Assembly (NCBI GenBank): GCA_965198175.1
Contig: OZ240245.1
Span: 672,001 to 736,000 of the forward strand
Length of the DNA stretch: 64,000 bases
Reading direction: 5' to 3'
Source: Candidatus Poribacteria bacterium
GTDB taxonomy: Bacteria; Poribacteria; WGA-4E; PCPOR2b
This document shows, piece after piece, positions 29,797 to 41,000 of this stretch. Position numbers and translations under genes: made by a program. The notes below the pieces were generated by a model. That model was given only the letters and a program-made list of their open reading frames with translations. It had not been told where the DNA came from and ran no database searches. Each line of letters begins with the position of its first letter. Positions within the stretch are counted from its first letter, which is position 1.

Positions 29797-30426
29797 ATGA
29801 AAGTGTTGGTCATTGGTGCCAATGGAAATACGGCGACTCGCGTTGTGCAGCGATTAAAGCGCAGTCCTCATCAGCCGATTGCGATGATCCGCAATCCGGC
29901 TCAACGTGGAAAATTTGATGATATGGGTGTTCCAACCGTACTTGCCGATCTAGAGTATCCCATCGACCACGCGGTCAAAGGCTGTGATGCGGTAATCTTT
30001 GCCGCAGGATCGGGAGGCCATACAGGCAAAGACAAGACCGTACTCGTAGATCACATTGGCGCGATACGAGCAATGGTAGCAGCTCAGGTGCACGAGACAA
30101 GGCGTTTCATCATGCTCAGCGCACTGAATGCGGACGTGAACAGTCGTTCGACAATCGCCCATTACCACAAAGCCAAGGGGCATGCTGACGTTCATCTCCA
30201 ACAATCCGACCTAGACTACACGATTATCTGTCCGGGCGGGTTGACCGATGGGCCCGGTACTGGCAAGGTCTCCGTCAGCTCTGAACTACATGGCAACGGT
30301 CAAACCTCGCGCGACAACCTCGCCGCTGCGCTAGTGAAGTGTCTTGATTTGGAAAACACCATCGGCAAGTGTTTCAGTCTACTTGAAGGCGAAACGCCGT
30401 TAGAAATGGCGCTTCGGTCGGCTTAA
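29797..30426 (+). CDS. Atypical SDR / NAD(P)H-binding oxidoreductase (YhfK-like)
   Basis: VLVIGANG, FAAGSG, YHKAK, DYTIICPGGLTD, SRDNLA. Confidence 0.88.
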   Translation: MKVLVIGANGNTATRVVQRLKRSPHQPIAMIRNPAQRGKFDDMGVPTVLADLEYPIDHAVKGCDAVIFAAGSGGHTGKDKTVLVDHIGAIRAMVAAQVHETRRFIMLSALNADVNSRSTIAHYHKAKGHADVHLQQSDLDYTIICPGGLTDGPGTGKVSVSSELHGNGQTSRDNLAAALVKCLDLENTIGKCFSLLEGETPLEMALRSA

Positions 30427-30512
30427 ACTTCGCAGCCGGAATAAATCAATCTTGACTTCGTGGAAACGTTGTTGGACGAGGTGCGCGGGCATCGCTCACG
30501 AATCCGCCGCAA

Positions 30513-33413
30513 ATGGAAGTCCCAAGAATGTCTCAATATCTCGGAGTATTGATGTTGTTGTTGACGAGCTCAACCGCTTATCCCCAAGTAGAGAGAGGCT
30601 GCTACATTGAAAAAGAGGATGGCAATCTAATCCTCGGCAGCGACGATTTTCGGTGGCAACTCGACCTCTCGAAGGGTGTCCACGCGGTATTCACGGAGAA
30701 TCTTTTAACCGGTGGACGCATAGACTTGGGCAAAGGTCCTGAGTGCGGACTGAGATTCTCCGCAGCGCAACAGCGCATTGAACTTCTTGGATGGAAACAA
30801 GCTGCCGGCGGCAACAAGGCGAGCGCGCCAAATGAGGAGCACGGATTCCGTATCGGGTTTCACCACCCTGAATTTGACGATAGCCAGTGGCAAAACACAG
30901 ATTCGCCGTGGGTGCTCAGTTCAGGTCCTGGCGGCACACCGCGCAGCCCAAACCCGGACGGCTATAACTGGTACCGGGTTGCATTCGAACTACCGGAGGC
31001 AACTGGTGAGTCGGTCTCGTTTGGGCTGGGAGGTTGTGGAATCTACGATTTCGGCGAACAGCGGTTTTTCGTGAACGGAGTGCTTATCGGTGAACGCCGC
31101 GTCGAGCAGGCGTGGACAGAGCCCGGTTTGGTGACGCTGAACCCTGACGACTCGCTTTACCGAACGCTTCGCTTTGGGGAGCGCAACGTCCTCGCGGTCC
31201 AAGCTTGGTCGCAGTTCGACTGCCGCCCCGCGAGGTTGAGACACATCGATCCTAATCGACATTACGAAACCACGCGCATTTTGCTCTTAGGCGACCAATT
31301 CGTATCCATTGGCACAGCATTCCAGGATGTCGTCGTCACCGGAGCGCGAAACGTAGAAGTCCTCGTCGGAACTCGAGAAGCGCACCATATCCAAATCGCT
31401 TTGGACACCGCCCCGAGTCTCGGTGAGCTGTACCTTCATTACGAATGGAGGGCGGACGAACCGGCGCTGCGCAAATGGCTCGCGTTCAAGAATACCTCTG
31501 ATGCCGAACAACTCCTCTTAGATGTTAATCTGGGAGATTACCGTATTGATGTCCCAGTCACCGAAGGGTTCCGGGGACTTCCCATCTACCTTGGTGATGC
31601 CGTATTTGCGAGTATCGCACATCCTTCCGGCGTGACACAAGGCAGTGAAGAGAGAGCGCGCTTACGGCTGTTTCCGGGGTGCTATCTACAGCCGGGCGAG
31701 GTGTACACTTCGAAACAAGCGGTATGGGGAATGGCGAGAGTCAACGAGGCTCGAAAGGCGTTCTGGGACTACATCGTGTCTCGGTCGATGCGCCGAAAAT
31801 CCGTGGGAATCAAGACCTCGCTGCATTACGACGCGCTCGGCGCTGCTTGGGGCAGACCGCACGCTTGGGGTCGTCTGGATCCTCCTTCAGAAGAAGTATG
31901 CCTCTCCATCATGGACACGATGGAAGAACTACAGAGCCAGTTCGGGCTTCGGTTCGACTACTTCTGGATGGACGCCGGCTGGTGGGAGTACGAGAAGCGG
32001 TTCGGACTAAAGGTGTGGAACGAGACAACCTTTCCGAACGGTCCGCGGCGGATCATCGAAAGAGCAAACGAGCTAGGGGTGCACTTCGGGCTCTGGCTGA
32101 CCGGCGGGTGTACCGTGCCGCCCGAGGTCCAGGACCACTGGAGAAGCGTGCTCTCTCACCATCTCGTCGATTACGGCATTGAAGGCGTCAAACACGACGG
32201 GATGCAGCCGCGATGCTTTAGCCATGAGCATGCAGAACAACGTTTGCACCTTCCCGGAAAGTATTCCGTTGAGCCAATACAGGATGCCAACATCCGAATC
32301 TATGCCCATGCACGCGAGTTGTGCCCCCATATCTGGCTTTTCCTGTATTGGGGGCACGATTCGCCATGGTGGTTGCTTCACGGAAATACGACATTCGACA
32401 CCGGTCTGAACATGGAGATGCAGACGCCGAGCGCGTATCCAACGCTCTACGATCGGGACACTTTTATGCTCATGTTGGATCAGGCGCAGCAGTATCGGCA
32501 CGATACGCCGGTTGTCGGTCGAGATTCACTGGGTGTCTGGATGACCACAGGATGGGCGCCACTCGGTTATGAACGGTGGATCGAAAACCTTGTCTTGGAC
32601 ATCTGTCGCGGTACCGGTGTCTTACATCTCTGGGCAGACCTCCGTCGTTTCTCTGACGAAGACGTTGCTGTGTTGTCTCACATCGCTAAGGTCTTCAAAG
32701 CTCATCCCGAATCTTTCCTGAACTCCCAGCCAATTATCGGCGATCCATGGAAAGGCGAACCGTACGGTTACGCTTGCTCCGACGGACAACACGTCTTCGT
32801 CGTCGTGAATAATCCCACATGGCAGGATCAGCAGGTGAGCGTCCGTTTAGATGAGAGCCTCGCCGTAGAGAGTGATGGAGAGTGGAATCTCTATCGACAC
32901 TATCCCAGACCAGCTCGATTGGTGACGCCGCACCGTTCCAAATGGCGCTTCGATGAATCTATAAGCTGGTATCTCCGACCATTTGAGGTTCTTCTTCTCC
33001 AGCTTGCACCTGTGAGAGAGGCCCCGGTTTTGAATGAACCGTTTCAGGAGGCACAACTACGTGAGACGCCTCCGCTACCGCCCGCTCAACAACTAAACCT
33101 GTCCTTTGAGCGGGCGGAGACTTCCGTTATCCACGTCCGGGGTGACATCGAACCATGTCCCAAGAATGCCGTTCTGGCGCTTGTCTTTCATGCGAGCCAT
33201 CGTGTCGTCGTGTTGCCCGGGAGCACCATTGGCGATCGAGAGGTCGGTCCCAGTGACTACTCGCTCATTCCTGGGATTCGCTCTGCACCTTGGCGAGTCG
33301 TCAGGATTCCGGTTGAGGCGTCCTCCGCTAGCCGAAGGATTGAACTTTTCTTGGAGGCGTCCCACCCTCAGCACGTAAAACAGTCGGCGTTTCTCATTCC
33401 AGAAGCTCCTTAA
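30513..33413 (+). CDS. Secreted glycoside hydrolase (alpha-galactosidase clan GH-D-like) with N-terminal sugar-binding domain
   Basis: FDDSQW...WYRVAF..FVNG sugar-binding pattern; FWMDAGW, FPNG, FGLW, VKHDG TIM-barrel motifs. Confidence 0.7.
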   Translation: MEVPRMSQYLGVLMLLLTSSTAYPQVERGCYIEKEDGNLILGSDDFRWQLDLSKGVHAVFTENLLTGGRIDLGKGPECGLRFSAAQQRIELLGWKQAAGGNKASAPNEEHGFRIGFHHPEFDDSQWQNTDSPWVLSSGPGGTPRSPNPDGYNWYRVAFELPEATGESVSFGLGGCGIYDFGEQRFFVNGVLIGERRVEQAWTEPGLVTLNPDDSLYRTLRFGERNVLAVQAWSQFDCRPARLRHIDPNRHYETTRILLLGDQFVSIGTAFQDVVVTGARNVEVLVGTREAHHIQIALDTAPSLGELYLHYEWRADEPALRKWLAFKNTSDAEQLLLDVNLGDYRIDVPVTEGFRGLPIYLGDAVFASIAHPSGVTQGSEERARLRLFPGCYLQPGEVYTSKQAVWGMARVNEARKAFWDYIVSRSMRRKSVGIKTSLHYDALGAAWGRPHAWGRLDPPSEEVCLSIMDTMEELQSQFGLRFDYFWMDAGWWEYEKRFGLKVWNETTFPNGPRRIIERANELGVHFGLWLTGGCTVPPEVQDHWRSVLSHHLVDYGIEGVKHDGMQPRCFSHEHAEQRLHLPGKYSVEPIQDANIRIYAHARELCPHIWLFLYWGHDSPWWLLHGNTTFDTGLNMEMQTPSAYPTLYDRDTFMLMLDQAQQYRHDTPVVGRDSLGVWMTTGWAPLGYERWIENLVLDICRGTGVLHLWADLRRFSDEDVAVLSHIAKVFKAHPESFLNSQPIIGDPWKGEPYGYACSDGQHVFVVVNNPTWQDQQVSVRLDESLAVESDGEWNLYRHYPRPARLVTPHRSKWRFDESISWYLRPFEVLLLQLAPVREAPVLNEPFQEAQLRETPPLPPAQQLNLSFERAETSVIHVRGDIEPCPKNAVLALVFHASHRVVVLPGSTIGDREVGPSDYSLIPGIRSAPWRVVRIPVEASSASRRIELFLEASHPQHVKQSAFLIPEAP

Positions 33414-33438
33414 AACGCATCCGCCGCGAAAGCTTCAA

Positions 33439-35745
33439 CTACTTGATTTCCACTGTACCACGCTCATGGAGAATAAACAAGCGACCGGTATCCATTTCGT
33501 ATAGCCAGCCGGCGGGTGCTGTCATTGAGCGAGATTGTGGGAGAGTCTTGACTTCCGGGATGGATTGGCTGTTTATCGTTACCTGCTTCGGTTTCGAACT
33601 CACAACGAGGATGTCCTGACTGGACGTTAGGCTCTCGTAGCGAATCGCCTCGTCATCGTACCTGATCTTCTTCACATAGCCAGAATGATAGAGCAGATGG
33701 TTCTCGCCCTCGGGTGCAGTCTCCGGAATCTCCGCCATGATGCGCGAAAGCTGGGTGTTGAAATCTAAAAGCAGGCAGGTCCGATTTTCGATGCCGGAGT
33801 TCAGCCCCTGACGGTACTTGCCATCAGCCTGCACCATCCATGTCATCGAGTTCGTGATGCGAAGTGCAAGTTCCTTGGCTGCCGGGTCCCCAGTCGCGCC
33901 ATACAGCCGGGCATAAGTTTCCGCCAGCCGCATATTGTGATGCGGGAGAAAAGCCGGCCAGCCCGTCTGTTCGCCAATTGCCGGAACACCTCTATGAATA
34001 CCGTCCGGTATGGCAAATTTCTCTTGGATATAATCGAGGATGCCCCTAACGCCCGTTATATGCTCGTCGTTCTCTTGGAGATGGTCGATCAACCACTGGG
34101 CGGTCATTAGCGCGGTTTGCTGATCGTATGATTTCTCGCCTTCAGAGTCAGTGTCCTCCGGGTTGTCCCCATAAAAACCCCACCAACGGTTGGTTTTCAC
34201 CGGACCGTCAACGAGCCAAGTGAGAGCGCGTTCGCCCGCTTGTCGATAATCCTCATCTCCCGTCAGATGCGCTAAATTCCTATAGAGTTGAGCATGCCAC
34301 AACTGGCTGGCGGTGTATGCAGCAATGACTTTGCCCGTTTCTAGGCTGACCCGAAACGGGAAACTGCCGTCGTGCCTCTGATGGGGCAACAGAGATTTGG
34401 CGATGTTGATGGCCGCTTGAAGATACTTTGGTTCCTCTGTCACGGCATAAAGCGACAGATAGGCGCATCCGGTATAGGAAGCCTTATCCAATTCAATCAC
34501 ATCAGCCAATCCGCCGGTCAGCGCTTTTCCTTCTCGGATGCCAAAGGTCGATTTCGGCAGATTAGGGAACGGGAAATCGTCGGGAGTGCTGAAGGAATCA
34601 ATCAGCCAGTCCGCCCATTGCCTCGCAGCCTCAAGCGGTCGCGCATCTCCACTGTATAAATAATATTGAATATATCCGAATATCGTCGGTGGACCGTTGT
34701 GGGTCGGCCATTGGGTGGGGGAGTCGAAGCCCATATCGTCGAGAACCGTTGCCCATGTGAAAAAGTAGGGCGGCCAGCCGGTCTCTTCCATCATCTTGTC
34801 AAAATCCGTGCCTTTAGCTTCTGGACTACCGCCCTCGCTGGTCACTAGATTCCGTGCATTGAGGAACCATTCGGTATAATTTTTCATTATCCACGAATAT
34901 TGCCAACGCGGCAGGATGCGGCCGTTCCGATCATACGGCGGGTTAAACGCGGTATGCAGCACCGTGTCTTGAGGTAGTTCGCCCACCTCCAAATACGCAA
35001 AACGCGCCGTGGTATTGCGCGTAACCAAACCAACCCTGCCGCTCATCTGAAAAACTTCCGGCTCCCACTTTGAAACTAGATGGATGTCTGTGGTCTGGTC
35101 CGATACATGAGTGGGACGTCGCACCTCTTCCGGAAACGACGGCATATTCCCTTTCACTAAGGGAAAGGAATAGCTAAGCGTGAATCCATGATTGTACGTC
35201 GCCCGCACGTGCGCACCATCGACGAGAACTTCAATCTGATGCATCAGATTGCGTTGATCAGCCGGCAACCGCACCAAATCCCCCGGCATCCGTCCGAAAT
35301 CATAGCCGGGCCCATATCTTGTCAGTGCTGCGTATAAGGAGCCGCCCTTCCCCCGACGGATGGAGCAGATGATGTAGGTATTTTTGTTTTCTACGTGGAC
35401 GGCAACGCCGGCTTCAGCCTCCGGTTTGTCAGGGTTATCGAGCTTCACGAGCGCATTTACACGGCACCGATCGAATTTGGGATTGGGTAGGACAATGACC
35501 GAACTGCCGTGTTGAAGGTCGGCTGCGCTGCGGGTGGTTGGATTCGATTGGACGAGCAATCCTGATTGGATTTCCCAATTTCCCGATAACACCTCCATCT
35601 GTAAGTCGCCCGGGTTTCTAAAATCGCATCGCGCCGGCGTTCGCCACGGCAGACCATCTCCAATCCTTACAACAAGTGCCCGCTCGGCATCAACCTGCAA
35701 AGGAATTGACCCTATAATTAGTAAGAAACTTTCAATTATCATCAC
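33439..35745 (-). CDS. Secreted (alpha/alpha)6-barrel glycoside hydrolase/lyase-like protein with N-terminal beta-sandwich
   Basis: GNWEIQSG lectin-like start; repeated LYxxTG(D/E)xxY helices; QxxDG motifs. Confidence 0.6.
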   Translation of the reverse strand: MMIIESFLLIIGSIPLQVDAERALVVRIGDGLPWRTPARCDFRNPGDLQMEVLSGNWEIQSGLLVQSNPTTRSAADLQHGSSVIVLPNPKFDRCRVNALVKLDNPDKPEAEAGVAVHVENKNTYIICSIRRGKGGSLYAALTRYGPGYDFGRMPGDLVRLPADQRNLMHQIEVLVDGAHVRATYNHGFTLSYSFPLVKGNMPSFPEEVRRPTHVSDQTTDIHLVSKWEPEVFQMSGRVGLVTRNTTARFAYLEVGELPQDTVLHTAFNPPYDRNGRILPRWQYSWIMKNYTEWFLNARNLVTSEGGSPEAKGTDFDKMMEETGWPPYFFTWATVLDDMGFDSPTQWPTHNGPPTIFGYIQYYLYSGDARPLEAARQWADWLIDSFSTPDDFPFPNLPKSTFGIREGKALTGGLADVIELDKASYTGCAYLSLYAVTEEPKYLQAAINIAKSLLPHQRHDGSFPFRVSLETGKVIAAYTASQLWHAQLYRNLAHLTGDEDYRQAGERALTWLVDGPVKTNRWWGFYGDNPEDTDSEGEKSYDQQTALMTAQWLIDHLQENDEHITGVRGILDYIQEKFAIPDGIHRGVPAIGEQTGWPAFLPHHNMRLAETYARLYGATGDPAAKELALRITNSMTWMVQADGKYRQGLNSGIENRTCLLLDFNTQLSRIMAEIPETAPEGENHLLYHSGYVKKIRYDDEAIRYESLTSSQDILVVSSKPKQVTINSQSIPEVKTLPQSRSMTAPAGWLYEMDTGRLFILHERGTVEIK

Positions 35746-35889
35746 TCACCTCTGTCCGTTTGAACTTAGGAACTCGTCATAAAATCCTGCAACTTCTGGA
35801 AGAATAACGCGCCGCTTGGGAGCGCCAAGGTACATAATATCTAAAACGCCGAAAGCACGCGGATAGTTTCCCAGACCATTTAGCAACGT

Positions 35890-37794
35890 TTACGCAAAAA
35901 AACCGACAGAAGGCATGTAGATGTTGAAAGCCATGCCCACGATGCTAAAGATACTTCGAGGGATATAATCTCCTAAGATTAGCCCGAAAAAGAAGGGAAT
36001 GCCTTTTCTATGCACTTTCATTCCCCCGTACGTGAGTATAATTGACTTTATCAGCCAGCCCACCATTACAGGAAACCAGAAGTATATCATCCCGCCCCAG
36101 GTTCCGCCGGAAAGGACATACCCAGAAGGATGCAGCGGCCACCATAGAAATCTCGCCCGCATTACATACAAGAAAAATACAAATAAGAAGCCGCCTAGCA
36201 TAGAGGTAACGCCCCTGACGTCCGTCCCTTGAGGATACTGGAGCCAGCTTTGAAGCGGCCTGAAGATTTCCTGACCGAAATGGTAACCCACGCCTCTGCC
36301 TTGAGCGCCGTATGTGTAAGCTGCTTGTAGATATGCCAAAAAGGTTGCCACAGCACCTACACCGATAGCCAGCATCATTGCCTGTATCAGTCCGCGGTTA
36401 CTTGCATTGACCCGTGCCCCAATCTTCAGGGATTCCACCTGACTTGCCATCGGATGGGCTCTGTTGCATCTGTTGAACGCATGAAAGTGTGTCATTATCG
36501 TCAAATCCTCTCCGCGGAGCCGCCTTGTGCCGAACATCTTTACCATCATACCTCTGGGGGTTAGATTGATGCCGATTACCTCATGATAGGGTGGACCAAG
36601 TTCTGCCCGAACCCTGGCTATAGCTATGGCGAGTAAGTAGTAGAGAACGAAAAAAATTAAAATCGCCCATAAAGACATCCCCGCAAGATGACAGAACAGA
36701 GCGAGGAAAGCAAAGCTTACGAAAAACAGAAAAGTTGCTGACCTATATCGCATAGGTTCGCTCGAATCGTCGGTTTGAACGAACCCAAACACGTGCTTGG
36801 CAAAACTAATCAAGTGCCTTCTAGAAACCCAAAGCGCAAGGAAACCGATACCCATCCATGCGCCTCCTGCTCGTTCGTCAAGATAGAGCGACTTCATTCC
36901 TACCATGCTCGCAAACACGCTTTCTGTCTTAGTCAGCCAAAAGAAGAACCAGCATGAAAAAACCAGATCGAGCGGCATAAAATAGGTAAGCCCGACTACC
37001 GGCAGGTTGAAGAAGATTAAGGTATAACCTATGGCATTCCAGGGCTTTTCGGTGAAAAATTGGTCAATCCTGAATCCGTAAGGAATCTCTGGTAGTAAAG
37101 GGAAAAGGTCGTGGAAGCCGTTTATTATGCGGACGAAAGCGGAGATGGCAAATCCGCCCCACATCAGTCTAGAATTGAAGAACTTCCTATCCGTTGCCAT
37201 AGCGAGAGGTAGTTGTACTATCGGATAGCTCAGTTTTTCTTTTTCAATCCACTGTTTTCTAAGAACAGAACTTATGCATAGGAGCGAAAAGTAGAGGAAG
37301 AAAATGAAAGCCGACCACATCAAAATAGGGGTTGTCCATGCTTTGAGATGTTGAATTGTGTGGAATTTTGATTCGCCGTAGAAGTAACCTCGCAATATCT
37401 CCCTCTCTGAAACGGTAAACCACGGCGGTATATATTGCCAGAAAAGGCGCTGCCACTCATTTTCGGGCGATGCGTGCCAGAATGGATGGCTCAAAGCACC
37501 AAGCAGATAATCCATCATCGTATGGCCTGAAATGGTCGAGACCATCGTAACCATTATATAAATAACCAACAGTTCCGCGGGTGATAATGGAATCCTGTTC
37601 GAGTATCTGCCGTATGCGAAGTTGAAGACAATAAGGAGAGTGAGAGTAAAAATTGCGTTTGAGCACGGATGTACCAAGGTAAACAGATAACCCCACAGCT
37701 CACTTGCAATTCCGATCCAGTACGCGTTTATGACGACTAGAATCAATCCAATTACAACTGCTCTTCGGGTGATATGGGTTTTGGTTGAACTCAT
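35890..37794 (-). CDS. Polytopic membrane protein, putative transporter (DUF6785-like)
   Basis: Many TM helices; RKQWIEKEKLSYP, RVRAELG, WWPLHPSGY, PFFFGLILGD motifs. Confidence 0.7.
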   Translation of the reverse strand: MSSTKTHITRRAVVIGLILVVINAYWIGIASELWGYLFTLVHPCSNAIFTLTLLIVFNFAYGRYSNRIPLSPAELLVIYIMVTMVSTISGHTMMDYLLGALSHPFWHASPENEWQRLFWQYIPPWFTVSEREILRGYFYGESKFHTIQHLKAWTTPILMWSAFIFFLYFSLLCISSVLRKQWIEKEKLSYPIVQLPLAMATDRKFFNSRLMWGGFAISAFVRIINGFHDLFPLLPEIPYGFRIDQFFTEKPWNAIGYTLIFFNLPVVGLTYFMPLDLVFSCWFFFWLTKTESVFASMVGMKSLYLDERAGGAWMGIGFLALWVSRRHLISFAKHVFGFVQTDDSSEPMRYRSATFLFFVSFAFLALFCHLAGMSLWAILIFFVLYYLLAIAIARVRAELGPPYHEVIGINLTPRGMMVKMFGTRRLRGEDLTIMTHFHAFNRCNRAHPMASQVESLKIGARVNASNRGLIQAMMLAIGVGAVATFLAYLQAAYTYGAQGRGVGYHFGQEIFRPLQSWLQYPQGTDVRGVTSMLGGFLFVFFLYVMRARFLWWPLHPSGYVLSGGTWGGMIYFWFPVMVGWLIKSIILTYGGMKVHRKGIPFFFGLILGDYIPRSIFSIVGMAFNIYMPSVGFFA

Positions 37795-38084
37795 AGCGAG
37801 TATTGGGTATCGTTGTGGATGTGCGGTAATCGCCGTTTTTTTTGGCGGGAACGCTTAAGCTGTCAACTGAGCGGAGGGTGGCAGGTCTGAGCACGAAAAG
37901 GTCAGTTAGGTCACTGCGCTCCTACCCGGCCAGTTGACGGCAGGAAAGAGGAGAGTAAATCTTGTGAGAGATTGGTATCAAGATTAGGCGGTCTTGATGG
38001 GAAGCCGTTGAACGCACAAAATTATGTGGTCGTCCACCAAGACAGGCGAATCTCGTTAGCGGTTCGTGGTTGCGCAAGGTGCTC

Positions 38085-41000
38085 TCATTGTGCCAGAGAC
38101 TCATAGTAGCTATCCACCAAGTTTCGATATTCTGATGGTACGTCCTCCTTGAACACCTGCGAGAGACGTTTCTTTTCTTGAATCTCTATGAGGCGATCCG
38201 CAAGGGCGGTCTTTAATTTATTAAGTTCCCGCAACGCAAAGTCATAGTTGGGAAACGGTGCGTTGCGATGTCCACGACGCATGTCCATTGCATCTATCAG
38301 CCCAAGCCAGAGCTCTTTAATTTCTCGGTCAGAAGCTAAGCCTGCTTGCGCATTTTGCAATTCCTGCGCACGCGGCTGCATTTGCGCTTGAAGTTCCGAT
38401 AGCTGTTGTTGACGCTGTTCCTGCTCAGGCGTCAGTGAGGTCTTCTGATTATCCATCGCCTCTAGCTCACGTTGGATATCCTGCATCCGATCCTGCCACT
38501 GTTCAAGCTGTTCCAATGCAACCTCAAGTTGCTCTTCCTCTGTTCTCGACATATTTGCTTTGGCTTGTTGTAGTTCATCTCGTACCTGGAAAAGCGTATC
38601 AAGTACCTTTCGCTGATCCTGCTCAGCGGATTTGAAGGTTCGCCACCGTAATCTATGTTGAGCGCTCGCCATAGTTTCCGGCACTTGCTCCTCAACGATT
38701 CGATGTCTCGCCTTCAGGACGTTACGCGCCGCTTGCGAATGGTTTTCACTGAATCCCTCTTGCAAGTTGACAAGGCTGCGCTGCACCTGTTCGAGGTTGT
38801 GTTGCAGTGCCTGCTGTTGATTAGCTAACTGGGAAGCTCGCTTCAAATCTTCAGAATGCATACCGTTCTGTCTAGTCTGAGCGTCGAGGGCTGCGGTCTG
38901 TTCTCGAATCTCTGATTGCTTCGCGATAAGTCGATCCAATTGCTCGGTTGTCTTCTCAAGAGTTGCCTCTGTGAACTGGGTAGCGGTTTTCTCAAGCGTT
39001 TCAATCGCCTGCTGAAGATTTTCCTCCGCTTTTTGCCCCTTCGCAGCGCTCATCTGAGGTCTCCGCTCGCTCATATTTTGGGCAGCATCCTGCATCTGCT
39101 CAGACGCTTGCTGCATAGCCCGGCTTGCTTGTGTGACACACTGTCCTATATTTTGCCTTGATCCGCCTTGCTCTTGCGTCATCTGCGACAACTGCCGTGA
39201 CACCTGTCGGGCATCCTGAGCTAATTCTCCCTGTTGTTGGCTATTCTGATGTATCTCGCCTTGCGAAGGCTGCCCCTCGCGTCCCATCTGCTGACTTTGC
39301 TGGGTCAGTTGTTCCTGTTCCGCTAACATCTCTTGTGCTCGATTCAGGGCGTCTTCCACCTGCTCACGCATCTGTTCGTCCAGTTCGTTCTCATCTTTCT
39401 CAAACGCGCTTTGCAGCGCTTCCATTTCCACTTCCATATTATCTGCAACTTCCCGATTGCCGCTTCCGCGCATCCGTGTCAGCGCTTTCGGGAGTTCCAT
39501 TTCAACTCTGACCAGCAACTCAAGCGCGTCCTGTTCATGCGGCATTGCTTCTCGGGGTCTGATGGCATCCAGTTCATGATTGGCTTTGCGCATCTTATCA
39601 ATCGCCGCTTCGAAGTTTATCAGGATTTCCGGATCGATAGAAGTTGTGCGCATAGCGGTGCTAATCTCATTAACAAATCGTTGAACCCTATCTTTTAACT
39701 TTGCTTGTTGCTCACCCGTTTTCTTGACTACAAATTTGTAATCGTCCGTAGGTGGTGCAGGTTCAAGACTGCTGCCAAATCGTGGACGAGAATTGATATG
39801 CCCCCACGTCTCTTTGATAATCTGCTTCTGCTCTGCGACCAACCCCGCCAGAATTTCTCCCGCTGCTGACTCCGATTCTGCTTCCAGTTCCTCGTATCGT
39901 TCACTAAATGGGCGCACTTCGATAAAATGAATCTGAGAGATTCCGGTGCCCGAATTGTTATCGGTAGCTTGAGCGTAGTAAGAAATTACATCCCCCGGTT
40001 CCACGTTTAGCTCCTCAAGGTAGAAGTTGTACGAACCAGAGATTGCATTCCTTGCCCCAACGTCAACGGTCGCCATTGGTAATTCTTGCGCTTCACCGGA
40101 TCCAAGTGCGTACCGCAACGCCATTTCTTCAACTTTGTAGTCGTCTGTCGATTCGACGATAACTTGCACCTCTTCCAGCTTTGTGGCTTTGACATCTCGC
40201 CCAGGTTCCCTGATGACAACTTCGGGTGGGTTGTCGGGAATCGCTCGAATCGAGTATTCGATTGGGATCTGGTTTTTGAGCCCATTGACGCAGTGCAGTT
40301 CAACGGTATATTTTCCGTCTTCTATCACATCCAGCGACGCCGTGAGAGTGCGCCCTTCAGAAACGCCCATTGATATGGGGTTATTGTCCGTAACGGTGAG
40401 AGCCGCGGACTGAATGGCTTTGTTGGTGATGACACGGACTTCCGTCACAGTGCCGGCTACCGCGTGAATATTTCCGTCCCCTTGCTGAACAACCGGCTTC
40501 AGTTGCGTGTATTCGGGATACGTGTAGGAAACGCTAATGTCAGTAACTCTAGGTATGTCGAACACTTCAACGATGTAGCGTTCCGATTCCGTATTGTTCG
40601 CCAGGACGTAGTATTGCACGTCTTCATTGATATTAAAAATCTCATATTCAAACTTGTCCTTTTCCCCTTCATTTTGCACCATATTGACCTGTTGCTCTGG
40701 TGGCGAGTGCCGGTCTAGTTCAACGCGTTCTACGGTAGAAGGTCGGTTCATTCGGGTATAACCAAGCCTTACTTTGTCGGCGCCTTTGCCTGCGACCTCG
40801 ACATCGATTCGGAGGCTTTGACCGCGAGGGATGCGCGCGTTGCCCGGTTGCACGTTCAATCTTGTCGTAAGAACAGGTGCCGTTTTTTTCCACGGAACCA
40901 ACAGCCGGTGTAGGGCAGTGTTAATCTCGACGGGAAAAATTAAAAGGAGAAGAATACAGATAGCAAGGGCAGCAACTGCGATGCCGAGGTACTTATGCTT

